Positions 44,325 to 53,458 of a stretch of DNA of 64,000 bases are shown piece by piece. Within the stretch, counting starts at the first letter, position 1; each line of letters opens with the position of its first letter. The notes below the pieces were generated by a model, which ran no database searches, had not been told where the DNA came from, and saw only the letters and a program-made list of their open reading frames with translations. Origin of the DNA: Sandaracinaceae bacterium (GTDB lineage: Bacteria; Myxococcota_A; Polyangia; Polyangiales; Sandaracinaceae); the NCBI GenBank assembly GCA_044220955.1, contig JBGAQA010000006.1, forward strand, positions 32,001 through 96,000, written 5' to 3'. A program made the position numbers and the translations under genes.

Positions 44325-46187
44325 CTACTCCGGCAGCGTGCAGTCGCGTCCGGCGTTCTGTTCTTGCAGGTACGAGAGGAGCGGGCGGTAGTACTCGAGC
44401 ATCGGCTCCGCCGTGAGGTCGTGGCCGGTGTGCTCGCGGAGCACCTCGCGCCAGTCGCGGCTCGCGCCCGGGCTCTCGATCGCACGGAGGAAATCTCCGA
44501 CCTCGGTGTGGCCGTAGTAGTTACACGAGTGCGGATCCTGGTGGAGGATCTCGCGGCAGATGTGATCGTGCAGTTGGTAGACGAGCACGCTCGCGAGCGC
44601 GTAGTCGTAGTAGCCGGCCGGGTCGTCGTTGATGTGCGTCTTGGTGCACGCGTCGCACCCCGTCGCCGGGCGCTCGCTCGGCGGCGTGACGCCCTGGTAG
44701 CGCGCGACGTACTGCCACCAGCGCGCGTTGAACTGATCGGGCGGCAGGTCCGTCGCGTAGAGGTCGTGCTCGAAGTGCGACATGACGCCCGCGCTCCAGG
44801 GGAGGAACGTGATCGGTCCCGTGAGCGCCGAGTCGAGCAGCCACTGCATCTGGTCGATGTGCTGGTCCTCGTGCAAGAGGCCCACCTCGCGCAGGTAGGG
44901 CTCCTGCGACGCCGCGAGCAGGATCAGGTCGCCCATGCCCTCGTGGTAGCTGCGGTTGGCGCCGTCCCGCAGGAGGTAAGGCACCTCGGGCGTCGAGTAC
45001 TCCATGAAGTAGTAGATGTGCCCGAGCTCGTGGTGCGTCGTGGTGAACCACTCCCAGTTCGGCTCGACGCTCATCAGCGAGCGCACGTCGTGGTCGAGGT
45101 CGATGTGCCACGCGCTCGCGTGGTCGTTCTTCTCGCGCGCCTCGCCCTCCGGCACGGGATACAGGTCGCTGCGCTCCCAGAACGTCGGCGGAAGCTGCGG
45201 GTACCCGAGCGACACGTAGAAGCGCTCCGCCTGGTGCACCACCCACTCGGCGTCGTGGCCGGTGATGAGCGCGTCCATGTCCACGCCGTCGACCAGGCCC
45301 GGCCAGCTCTGCGACCAGCGGTTGCCGATCCAGTGCGCGGGGATGAGCTGCGGAGGCTGCGCCACGTGGTAGCGCTCGGCGAGGCGGTAGCGCGCCCAGC
45401 AGTGCAGCTGCGTGTAGAGGGGGCGCGTCTCGACCACGAGACGATCGAGCATCTCCATCATCTCCTGACGGCTCATGCCGTAGTCGGAGACCATGTACGT
45501 GAAGTAGTCGTCGTGGCCCATCGCCCGAGCGACGCCGTTGCGCAGGTCGCGCAGCTCGACCAGGCCGTCGCGCAGCACGCCGCCGACCTCCTTGGCCGCG
45601 TCCCAGGCGTGCAGGCGCGCGTCGAGATCGGTCGAGGTCATCAGCACCTCGTCGATGTCGTTGGTGCTCACGGGCTGCGTGCACGTCTGGTCGGCGGCGC
45701 GCGTCATGCAGAACTGGTAGCCGTCGAGGCGCGCGCTCTGCTCGGCCTCCGCGGCCACGCGGCGCGCGGCGAGCTCGGGCTGCGTCTGGGGCGCCTGCGC
45801 GGCGACGAAGAGCAGGTGGTCGAGCTGCCGGACGGTCAGCGGCGCGAGCTCGCTCCGATGCTCGAGCAGCAGGCGCCCGCGCTCGATCACGTCGACCGCG
45901 CCGGTCATCTCCGCCATCGCCTGGTCGGCCTGCTGACGCGCGGCCGTGTGCGCGTCGCTCACGTCGGTCGAGGCGACCCACGCCGCCTGCGCGCTGGCCG
46001 TGTAGAGGCGCACGTACTCGGGGTCGTACCAGGCGAGGAACGCGTCGGCCTCCGCCTGCCATCCGGCGCTGCCGCCCTGGAGCGCGGGGACGGTCCGGCG
46101 CGCGGTCGAGCCGGCGGCGCCGCCACAGGCCGAGAGGAGCGCGAGTGCGACGATCCACGAGGAGCGCGTGAAGTTGTGCGAACGCAT
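44325..46187 (-). CDS. M2 family (ACE-like) peptidyl-dipeptidase lipoprotein
   Basis: Lipobox LSAC; 'HASAW', HHELGH, 'GAN..HEGMGD'. Confidence 0.93.
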   Translation of the reverse strand: MRSHNFTRSSWIVALALLSACGGAAGSTARRTVPALQGGSAGWQAEADAFLAWYDPEYVRLYTASAQAAWVASTDVSDAHTAARQQADQAMAEMTGAVDVIERGRLLLEHRSELAPLTVRQLDHLLFVAAQAPQTQPELAARRVAAEAEQSARLDGYQFCMTRAADQTCTQPVSTNDIDEVLMTSTDLDARLHAWDAAKEVGGVLRDGLVELRDLRNGVARAMGHDDYFTYMVSDYGMSRQEMMEMLDRLVVETRPLYTQLHCWARYRLAERYHVAQPPQLIPAHWIGNRWSQSWPGLVDGVDMDALITGHDAEWVVHQAERFYVSLGYPQLPPTFWERSDLYPVPEGEAREKNDHASAWHIDLDHDVRSLMSVEPNWEWFTTTHHELGHIYYFMEYSTPEVPYLLRDGANRSYHEGMGDLILLAASQEPYLREVGLLHEDQHIDQMQWLLDSALTGPITFLPWSAGVMSHFEHDLYATDLPPDQFNARWWQYVARYQGVTPPSERPATGCDACTKTHINDDPAGYYDYALASVLVYQLHDHICREILHQDPHSCNYYGHTEVGDFLRAIESPGASRDWREVLREHTGHDLTAEPMLEYYRPLLSYLQEQNAGRDCTLPE

Positions 46188-46252
46188 GGGTCGAACCCTT
46201 GCACGCGCGCCCGGGCGTGGACAAGAGAGCCCGCACCACGGAGGAACGAGCG

Positions 46253-46663
46253 ATGGCGACCCACAGGCACCTTCTCGATCAGGCGCAGATCCACCCGGCC
46301 GTCCGCGACAAGATCGCGACCTACCAGCGCGATCTCGTCGACGAGGTGCGCGCGGCCGTCGCCAAGAACGACGTGGTCGTCGTGGGGATGAGCCAGAACC
46401 CGGCCCCGCGCCGCGCGTGCCGCCTGCTCAAGCAGAAGAACATCCCGTTCACCTACCTGCAGTACGGCAGCTACCTCTCGCTCTGGCGGCGCCGCCTCGC
46501 GCTCAAGATGTGGACCGGCTGGCCGACGTTCCCGATGATCTTCGTGAAGGGCGTCATGGTCGGTGGCGCGGACGACCTCGCCAAGCTCGAGGCCTCGGGC
46601 GAGCTCGCCAAGATGCTGGCGGCGCCGCGCTCCGAGGGAGAGCCGCTGGCTCGGGACAACTGA
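46253..46663 (+). CDS. Glutaredoxin-like protein lacking CxxC/CGFS
   Basis: GGAGG RBS; 'WPTFPMIFVKG..VGGADD'; active-site position reads QNPAP. Confidence 0.85.
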   Translation: MATHRHLLDQAQIHPAVRDKIATYQRDLVDEVRAAVAKNDVVVVGMSQNPAPRRACRLLKQKNIPFTYLQYGSYLSLWRRRLALKMWTGWPTFPMIFVKGVMVGGADDLAKLEASGELAKMLAAPRSEGEPLARDN

Positions 46664-46710
46664 TCCGTGCCTCGATCGAAGGACGTCCGCCCGCAGCGCC
46701 CGGGACCCGG

Positions 46711-46968
46711 ATGGCCAGCTCGGCTCCCGTGAGCGAGGGCACCGCGCACGTCCCGCTCGGGGAGGGCCTGCGCGTCGTGACGCTGCGGGTCCGGAGGCAG
46801 GACGTCGTGCTCGTGCGCGGGATCCTCGCCGGCTACGACGGGATCGCGAGCGTGCACGGCGACGAGAGCGGCCTCGTGGCGCTGGTGGCGACGGACTCGA
46901 CGTTCGACGAGCTCGAGGCCATCGTCGCCTCCCTGCCCGCGGGGCTCGTCGTCGAGCGCGTGCGCTGA
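46711..46968 (+). CDS. Small DUF4911-like protein
   Basis: 'LRVRRQDVVLVRGILAGYDGIA' pattern. Confidence 0.65.
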   Translation: MASSAPVSEGTAHVPLGEGLRVVTLRVRRQDVVLVRGILAGYDGIASVHGDESGLVALVATDSTFDELEAIVASLPAGLVVERVR

Positions 46969-46976
46969 GCCGGCCG

Positions 46977-47351
46977 TCACGCGCTGGCGCGCCAGGCCTT
47001 CGCCAGTCCGCCCGTGAGCACGAAGCGCGGGAAGGTCACCAGCTGCTCGAGGAGGATGCGGCCGATCGCGTCGGCGGGCCCCGAGAAAGGCACGGGCGGC
47101 GAGAGCTCCAACGCGTGACCGCGCCCCTGCGCGATCATCGCCACGGCCATCGCCGCGACCCCGCCCAGGACGCGCAAGACGATCGCCACGAGCGAGCCGG
47201 CGAGCGGCGCCGTGAGCACGCCGAAGAAGCCCGCCACGAAGATCGGCTGAGTCACGAGGTGGATGACGAGGTTTCTCCGGCTGCCGTGATAGGTCGGGTA
47301 GCCCTTCCACTGCCACGCGAGGAGGCCCGGGCTGCGATCGGCGATGCTCAC
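46977..47351 (-). CDS. Mpo1/DUF962-like membrane protein
   Basis: 'YPTYH..NLVIH..P', 'QGRGHALE'; two TM helices. Confidence 0.75.
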   Translation of the reverse strand: MSIADRSPGLLAWQWKGYPTYHGSRRNLVIHLVTQPIFVAGFFGVLTAPLAGSLVAIVLRVLGGVAAMAVAMIAQGRGHALELSPPVPFSGPADAIGRILLEQLVTFPRFVLTGGLAKAWRASA

Positions 47352-47416
47352 GCGTCGAGCATAGCCGGGGGGAGGGCGGTTGCCGCACCGGCGGCGTCGT
47401 GAGAAGAAAGGCCACG

Positions 47417-48502
47417 ATGCGTGCCCTCGGCCTCTGCTGTCTCGCGCTGCTCGCGCTCCCCGCGCTCGCGGCCGCCCAGCACACGGACCCGACCACGCCC
47501 CCGCCCGTCACGGACGCGCCTCCCGTCGCTCCGCCCTCGTCCGACGACGCCGCTCGGCGCGCGCAGGTCGTGGCCCGCGTCGGCGACGTCACGATCACGC
47601 TCGGCCAGGTCGAGGACGAGGTGAACCACCAGTCACCGTTCATGCGCGTCCGCATGCGCAGCGGCACCGCCCTGCGCGACCACGTCACCGAGATGATCCG
47701 CATGGAGCTGCTCGCGCGCGAGGCCGCGCGCCGCGGCTACGGTGACGACCGCGAGGTGACCGACGCCGTCCGCCAGACGTCGGTGCAGCTCCTCATCCGC
47801 CACGACTTCGACGAGCGCATCACGGCGGCGTCGATCCCCTCGGAGGACGTGCGCGCGTACTACGACGAGCACCCCGCCGAGTTCAGCCAGCCGGAGATGC
47901 GCCGCGCGAGCCAGATCGTGCTCGCGACGCGCCTCGAGGCCGACGCGCTGATCGAAGAGGCCCGCGCCGCGGACGCGCGCGCGTTCCGGGTGCTCGTGAC
48001 GGATCACAGCGTGGACGCCGAGACGCGCATCCGTGGCGGCGACCTCCGGTACTTCGACGCCGAGGGCCACACGCCGAACGCGGCCGACCCCGACGTGCCG
48101 CTCGAGGCCGCGCACGCGGCGTTCGCGCTCACCAACGTGGGCGACGTCTCCGACGTCATCGCCGAGGGCTCTCGCTTCGCCATCGTGGAGCTCACGGGCA
48201 TCCGCGCGGCCGAGCACCGCACGCTCTCGGAGGCCGACGCCGCGATCCGCACGCGCCTCTGGCGCACGACGCGTCAGGCCGCCCTCGAGACCTTCGTCGA
48301 CGGACTGCGCGAGCGGATCCACACGGAGGTCTTCTACGACCTCATGCGCGGCATCCACATGGAGGCGCCGGAGCGCTCGAGCACCGACCCGCTGCCTGCC
48401 GACCCCGACGAGGTCGAGCCGGCAGACCCGAGCGCGACCCCCGCGCTCACGCCCGACCAGGTGCTGGGTGGGCCGCCGCCCGCGTCGGCGCCCGCGCAAT
48501 AG
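47417..48502 (+). CDS. Periplasmic parvulin-type peptidyl-prolyl isomerase (SurA/PpiC-like)
   Basis: Signal peptide; 'VVARVGDVTIT', 'RASQIV', 'HSVD..GGDLRYF', 'GDVSDVI'. Confidence 0.88.
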   Translation: MRALGLCCLALLALPALAAAQHTDPTTPPPVTDAPPVAPPSSDDAARRAQVVARVGDVTITLGQVEDEVNHQSPFMRVRMRSGTALRDHVTEMIRMELLAREAARRGYGDDREVTDAVRQTSVQLLIRHDFDERITAASIPSEDVRAYYDEHPAEFSQPEMRRASQIVLATRLEADALIEEARAADARAFRVLVTDHSVDAETRIRGGDLRYFDAEGHTPNAADPDVPLEAAHAAFALTNVGDVSDVIAEGSRFAIVELTGIRAAEHRTLSEADAAIRTRLWRTTRQAALETFVDGLRERIHTEVFYDLMRGIHMEAPERSSTDPLPADPDEVEPADPSATPALTPDQVLGGPPPASAPAQ

Positions 48503-48551
48503 CCTCGACCGCAGCGCAGCGGAGTAGTATCCGCGCCGGGGAGCGAACGGC

Positions 48552-49391
48552 ATGGAAGACTACTCGGGAGTGATCGGCGGCCTGGTCGTGCTGGGGCTGA
48601 TCTTCGGCGGCATCGGGTTTCTCTACGTGCTCGGCGGGTTCTTCATCGTGCAGCCGCGCACGCAGGTCGTGGTGCTCCGCTTCGGCAAGTACCAGCACAC
48701 GATCACCAACGAGGGCATCCGGTACGTCTTCCCGCTCGGCCGACGCCTGTACCGCCTCTCGAGCCAGCTGATCAGCGTGGACCTGCCGCGCAACATGGTG
48801 CTCGAGGCCAACGGCAATCCGATCGAGGTCTCGGCCGTCTGCCTCTACCGCGTGAAGGAGGCGCAGAAGGCCGTCCTCGAGATCGAGGACTACCACCAGT
48901 ACGTGACGCTCCTGGCGACCTGCGTCGTCAAGAACGTGTGCTCGCACTACCCCTACGAGTCGCCCGATCCGCACGCGCCCTGCCTCAAGAAGGAGAGCAA
49001 GGAGGTGTCCGACCACCTCGTGCGCGAGCTGAACGAGCTCGCGGCGCCCGCCGGGATCGAGATCCACGAGGTGCGCCTGAACGACCTGACCTACGCGCCC
49101 GAGATCGCGCAGTCGATGCTCATGCGCCAGCAGGCGATGGCGATGGTCGACGCGCGTCGCACGATCGTCGAGGGCGCGACCGCGACGGTGACCGACGCTG
49201 CGCGCCGCATGCGCGACGAAGGGATCGAGCTCACCCAGGGCCACGCGGAGTCGTTCGTGGCCAACCTGATGCTCGTGCTCTGCTCGGGCGAGCGCGTGAC
49301 GACGGTGCTGCCGATCGATCTCGATCCGCAGGAGGCCGCCGGCGGCGCCACGGTGAAGCCAGCCACGCTCGCCAGCGGAGGTGCGGCATGA
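48552..49391 (+). CDS. SPFH/band 7 domain membrane protein
   Basis: TM; 'GNPIEVSAV', 'HYPYE', 'LTYAPEIAQSMLMRQQA..ARRTIVEGA'. Confidence 0.92.
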   Translation: MEDYSGVIGGLVVLGLIFGGIGFLYVLGGFFIVQPRTQVVVLRFGKYQHTITNEGIRYVFPLGRRLYRLSSQLISVDLPRNMVLEANGNPIEVSAVCLYRVKEAQKAVLEIEDYHQYVTLLATCVVKNVCSHYPYESPDPHAPCLKKESKEVSDHLVRELNELAAPAGIEIHEVRLNDLTYAPEIAQSMLMRQQAMAMVDARRTIVEGATATVTDAARRMRDEGIELTQGHAESFVANLMLVLCSGERVTTVLPIDLDPQEAAGGATVKPATLASGGAA

Positions 49392-50182
49392 GCGCCGACG
49401 ACTTCATGGGGATGCTCTGCGTCCTGGGCATCCTGGGCGGGATCGCGTTCATCCCTGCCTGGTCGTTCTTCCTTCGCGGCTTCTTCGTGGTCGAGCCGCG
49501 CCAGGCGCACGTGCTGCTCTACTGGGGCAAGTACCGTCGCACGATCGACTCGCCCGGGCTGCACTGGGTGTTCCCGCTCGGGCTCGACCGCCGCATCCTG
49601 CACACGCGCGACGTCGTGCTCCAGATCCCGCTGACGACCGTCGTCGAGCAGCACGGCAACCCGATCCAGGTCTCGGCGGTCGCCATCTACCGCGTGAAGG
49701 ACCCGGCGCGCGCGCTGATCGACGTTCAGGGCTACCAGCGCTACGTGCAGAACCAGGCCAGCGCGGTGCTCAAGAGCGTCTGCGCGCACTACCCGTACGA
49801 GGCGCGCGACCCGCGGCAGCCCTGCCTCAAGAAAGAGAGCGACGAGGTGCTCGACGCGCTCCGGGCGAACCTGCAGAAAGGCGTCGACAACGCGGGCATC
49901 GAGGTCGTGCTCGTGCGGCTCAACGACCTCACCTACGCGCCCGAGATCGCCCAGAGCATGCTGCTCCGGCAGCAGGCCCAGGCGATGGTCGACGCGCGCA
50001 GGACGCTGGTCGAGGGCGCGGTCCACACGACGGCCGACGCGCTCGCGCGGCTCGGCAAGGCGGGGATCACCCTCGCCGCGCCGACGCGGATGCGGCTCTC
50101 GACCAGCCTCACGCTGCTTCTCTGCGCAGGGGATCGCGAGAGCCATCAGGGCGGCGGCGGTCGGCGCACTGGACACGCGTAG
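49388..50182 (+). CDS. SPFH/band 7 domain protein, tandem paralog
   Basis: ATGA overlap; same motifs as the upstream gene. Confidence 0.92.
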   Translation: MSADDFMGMLCVLGILGGIAFIPAWSFFLRGFFVVEPRQAHVLLYWGKYRRTIDSPGLHWVFPLGLDRRILHTRDVVLQIPLTTVVEQHGNPIQVSAVAIYRVKDPARALIDVQGYQRYVQNQASAVLKSVCAHYPYEARDPRQPCLKKESDEVLDALRANLQKGVDNAGIEVVLVRLNDLTYAPEIAQSMLLRQQAQAMVDARRTLVEGAVHTTADALARLGKAGITLAAPTRMRLSTSLTLLLCAGDRESHQGGGGRRTGHA

Positions 50183-50247
50183 CGCGAAGCGAGCTTCCGC
50201 GGGGCGGTGCGCGCGGGGTACGCTCCGCCGACCGAGGGGAGGGCCCG

Positions 50248-50586
50248 ATGACGACACGACGAGAGCTACTGATCGGGGCGGCGAGCCTGGCGCTGGTGCC
50301 GGCGTGCGGGACCAGCACGACCTCGGGCATGCGCGACGCGCCTGCGGGGCCCACGTGCTCGAGCCAGATCTCGGCCAACCACGGGCACGTGCTGAGCGTG
50401 CCGGGGGCGGACCTCGCCGCGACGCGCGACCACGACTACAACATCGCGGGCTCTGCCGGGCACAGCCACACGGTCACGCTCACGCAGGCTCAGCTCACGA
50501 TGCTCGCGTCGGGCGCGACCGTCACCGTGACGTCCACCCTCGGCGGCGGTCACACCCACGACTGCACGGTCCACTGCACGGGCTGA
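50248..50586 (+). CDS. Tat-type lipoprotein with HxH motifs (putative metal-binding)
   Basis: 'TRRELL..VPAC'; NHGH, HSH and HTH motifs. Confidence 0.75.
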   Translation: MTTRRELLIGAASLALVPACGTSTTSGMRDAPAGPTCSSQISANHGHVLSVPGADLAATRDHDYNIAGSAGHSHTVTLTQAQLTMLASGATVTVTSTLGGGHTHDCTVHCTG

Positions 50587-50596
50587 CGCGCTCGCG

Positions 50597-51331
50597 TCAG
50601 GCCGCCACGGGCTCGAGCAACCCCTCGGCCCGCAACATGCTCGTGCGCAGCGGCGCGTAGTCGCCGACGGGCTCGATCCCGAGCAGGCCGCGCACGGTCT
50701 CGATCGGCAGCGGCAGCAGCGACTCCCAGTCGAGCGCCGGGAGCCAGCGCGCCGCGTGCCCGCGGCGGACGCCGCCTGCGATCATCCCCACCGCGCCGAG
50801 CTGCCGGATGCGGAGCAGGCCCGTCAGCACGATCATCGCGATCCCGGGGTTGCCCGTCTGCGCGAGGCTGAAGCCCAGGAGCGAGGCCTCGCCGAGCAGG
50901 TCGCCCTTGTACCCCGTGACCGTGTGCCAGAGGTCGTGCGTGTCGCGCATGCGCGCGGCGATGTAGTCCAGGTCTCCCCCCTTCTCGCGCAGGCCGCTCT
51001 CGCCCGCGGCGCTCGCCTCGACGAGGCCGTCGGCCGTGATGCCCTCGCTCTGAACGAACCCGAGGTACGCGTGCGCGAGAGAGCCCGCCGGCATCGCGCG
51101 CAGGCGCTCGCGATCCGCGAGGACGGGGACGATGTCGGGGCGCTCGGCGAGGAGCCGCCGACCGTGAGCGTCGTCGCGGAAGCCGCGCAGCATGCGCGCA
51201 GGGGCACGGCCCGAGAGCGACTCGATGATGGTGAAGACCTGGGCCGTGTCGTCCGGGTTCCGGGTGAGGGCGACCATCGCCGCGAGCGCGCGCTGGGGGT
51301 CGAGGCGAAACGCAGCTTCTTCGTGGGTCAT
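50597..51331 (-). CDS. Coq4-family protein
   Basis: 'LRAMPAGSLAHAY', 'RDTHDLWHTVTGY..GE' (HDxxH-x-E). Confidence 0.88.
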   Translation of the reverse strand: MTHEEAAFRLDPQRALAAMVALTRNPDDTAQVFTIIESLSGRAPARMLRGFRDDAHGRRLLAERPDIVPVLADRERLRAMPAGSLAHAYLGFVQSEGITADGLVEASAAGESGLREKGGDLDYIAARMRDTHDLWHTVTGYKGDLLGEASLLGFSLAQTGNPGIAMIVLTGLLRIRQLGAVGMIAGGVRRGHAARWLPALDWESLLPLPIETVRGLLGIEPVGDYAPLRTSMLRAEGLLEPVAA

Positions 51332-51350
51332 CGGCTCATCTCCTGTTATC

Positions 51351-51386
51351 GACAATCATGTAGATAGTGCTGTCTACAGGATTGTC
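51351..51386. promoter_or_regulatory. Probable TetR operator palindrome
   Basis: GACAATCATGTAGATAG-TG-CTGTCTACAGGATTGTC, 15/17 arm match, between divergent coq4-like and tetR genes. Confidence 0.75.
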
Positions 51387-51406
51387 AACAGAATGCGAGC
51401 CGTGCC

Positions 51407-52063
51407 ATGCTCGCAGGCATGCGGAGGGGGCGGATCGCCCAGAAAACCAGGGTCAGGCGCACGGCCGAGGATGCGCGAGCCGCGATCCTCGACGCCGCCG
51501 AGGCGCGCCTGCGCGCGGTCGGCCCCGGCGGCATCCGGCTCCAGGACGTCGCCCGCGACGTCGGCGTGGCGCACCCGACCGTGCTGCACCACTTCGGGAG
51601 CCGCGACGCTCTGGTGCGGTCGGTGATCGAGCGACGAATCGGCTCGCTCGAGCGGGATCTCCTCACGGAGATGACCATCACCGCCGGCAAGGACGAGAAC
51701 CCGGTCGTCGGGATGCTGGAGTCCGTCGCGCGCACGCTCGGGCCCGGCGGGCACGCGCGCGTCGTGGCGTGGCTCGCGCTCTCCGGGCACGCTGCGCGCA
51801 AGGAGGACGGCGCCGGGTTCGACGCGATCGCGCGCGCGACGCAGGAGCTGCGCACGGCGCGGTGGAAGCCGCGCGGCAAGGCCCCCGACTTCGAGGACAC
51901 GTACTTCACGGTCCTGCTCGGCGGGCTCGCGATGTTCGGCGACGCGATCGCGGGCCCGCTCTTCCGCGGCGAGCCGGATCCCGCGGTGTCGGCGAAGACG
52001 AGCGCTCGCTTTCGCGCGTGGCTCGCGGCCATCCTCAAGTCGCACCTCGAGAATGGCGGATAG
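51407..52063 (+). CDS. TetR/AcrR transcriptional regulator
   Basis: HTH 'ILDAAE..LQDVARDVGVAHPTVLHHFGSRDAL'; start may be 51419. Confidence 0.93.
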   Translation: MLAGMRRGRIAQKTRVRRTAEDARAAILDAAEARLRAVGPGGIRLQDVARDVGVAHPTVLHHFGSRDALVRSVIERRIGSLERDLLTEMTITAGKDENPVVGMLESVARTLGPGGHARVVAWLALSGHAARKEDGAGFDAIARATQELRTARWKPRGKAPDFEDTYFTVLLGGLAMFGDAIAGPLFRGEPDPAVSAKTSARFRAWLAAILKSHLENGG

Positions 52064-52093
52064 CGCCTCGTCGTACTAGGGAGGCCACGCGTC

Positions 52094-53458
52094 ATGTCCG
52101 ACGAGAGCCCGCGCTTCCACGACACGGCCGCCGGGATCCCCTCGCCCGGCCTCGCGCTCGACGAGCGGGGCGATGCGCGCGTGGACGTGGTGCTCCGCCT
52201 CATCGACGAGGCCTCGCGCCCGCGCCCGCTGCCCGAGGTGCTCGCCGCGCTCTGCGCGGACGTGAGCACGGCGATGCCCGCCGAGATCGTCTCGTTCTAC
52301 CTGCGCGAGCGCAGCGGCGAGGGGGAGCAGCTGCGCATGGTCGCCAACGTCGGGTTCCCGGCGGGCGCCGCGAGCAAGGTCCGACTGCGGATCGGCGAGG
52401 GAGTCACCGGCCACGTCGCCGAGTCGCTCCGCCCCGCCAGCCTACGGCTCGCCGTCGCCGACGCGCACTACAAGCACTTCCCGGGTCTCGGCGAGGAGAA
52501 CTTCCCGATCTTCCTGGCGATCCCCGTCCTGGTCGGGCGGCGCGCGGAGGGCGTGCTGGTCCTGCAGCGCAAGGACGGCGCGTTCGACGATGCGGAGGTC
52601 GTGCTCGCGACGGCGCTCGCGACCTCGTTCGCGTACGCCCTCGAGCGTGCCCGCGACCGGCGATCGGACACGGAGGCCGAGCAGGCGCGGGTGGCGCTGC
52701 TCCCGGGCACGCCTCTTTCTCCCGGCGATGCTCTCGGCCGGCTCGAGACCCTGCCGACCTTCGAGGGTCTCGCGGCGCTCGAGCGCGCGGAGCTGGGCGA
52801 CGAGGCCGACGCGACGACGTCTGAGCCGAGCGCGCGGCGGCGGCAGCGTATCGAGGACGCGCATGCCTCGCTCGTCCGCGATCTCGGCAAGACGCGGAAG
52901 AAGCTCGCGAGTGATCTCGGCGACGCGACACGCGCGCAGCTCGCCGGGCTCGCGCTCCTCGAGGAGGACGGGCGCCTGCTCGAGTCGCTCGCCGACGCGG
53001 CCTCGACGTCGAACCTCCCGCTGGGCGTGCGCAAGGTGGCCCGCGAGTACGCACAGGCGCTCTACCGCCGCGGCGCAGATCCGGGCGCCTGGCAGGAGGG
53101 GCGCGCCGAGGAAGTGGAGGATTTCTGCCTCCTCGTCGCGGCGCGCGCCGTCGGGGCCCGCGTGCCCAGCGGCAACGCGGTGCTCCTGCTCCCGGAGCGC
53201 CTGTCGGCGACGGTGGTCGTCGCGGCCGTCGCACACCGGACGGAGGCGATCGCCGTCGCGAACCGCGTCGATGCGTCGTCTGCCGCGATCGCGCTCGCGC
53301 GCGCGGGCGCGCTCCCGGTGGTCGGTGACGTCGGCGGGCTCTTCGCGTGGGCTCGCGCGGGCGACGTGCTCCTCGTGGAGGGCCACGCGGGGACCGTGCG
53401 CGTCAACCCCTCGCCGACGCAGATCGCTCGCTTCCGTCAGCGCGAGCGCGAGCGGTGA
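52094..53458 (+). CDS. GAF + degenerate PTS enzyme I N-terminal/swivel domains (truncated PtsP-like)
   Basis: GAF 'LRIGEGVTGHVA..YKHFPGLGEE..FLAIP..GVLVLQ'; 'GTPLSPGDALG'; swivel 'LARAGALPVV..GDVLLVEGHAGTVRVNP'; no PEP-binding barrel. Confidence 0.8.
   Translation: MSDESPRFHDTAAGIPSPGLALDERGDARVDVVLRLIDEASRPRPLPEVLAALCADVSTAMPAEIVSFYLRERSGEGEQLRMVANVGFPAGAASKVRLRIGEGVTGHVAESLRPASLRLAVADAHYKHFPGLGEENFPIFLAIPVLVGRRAEGVLVLQRKDGAFDDAEVVLATALATSFAYALERARDRRSDTEAEQARVALLPGTPLSPGDALGRLETLPTFEGLAALERAELGDEADATTSEPSARRRQRIEDAHASLVRDLGKTRKKLASDLGDATRAQLAGLALLEEDGRLLESLADAASTSNLPLGVRKVAREYAQALYRRGADPGAWQEGRAEEVEDFCLLVAARAVGARVPSGNAVLLLPERLSATVVVAAVAHRTEAIAVANRVDASSAAIALARAGALPVVGDVGGLFAWARAGDVLLVEGHAGTVRVNPSPTQIARFRQRERER

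Noticed and set aside
44325..46187. ACE-like peptidase as a novel eukaryote-like gene
   Set aside because: Bacterial M2 peptidases are already described, and the motifs here are canonical.
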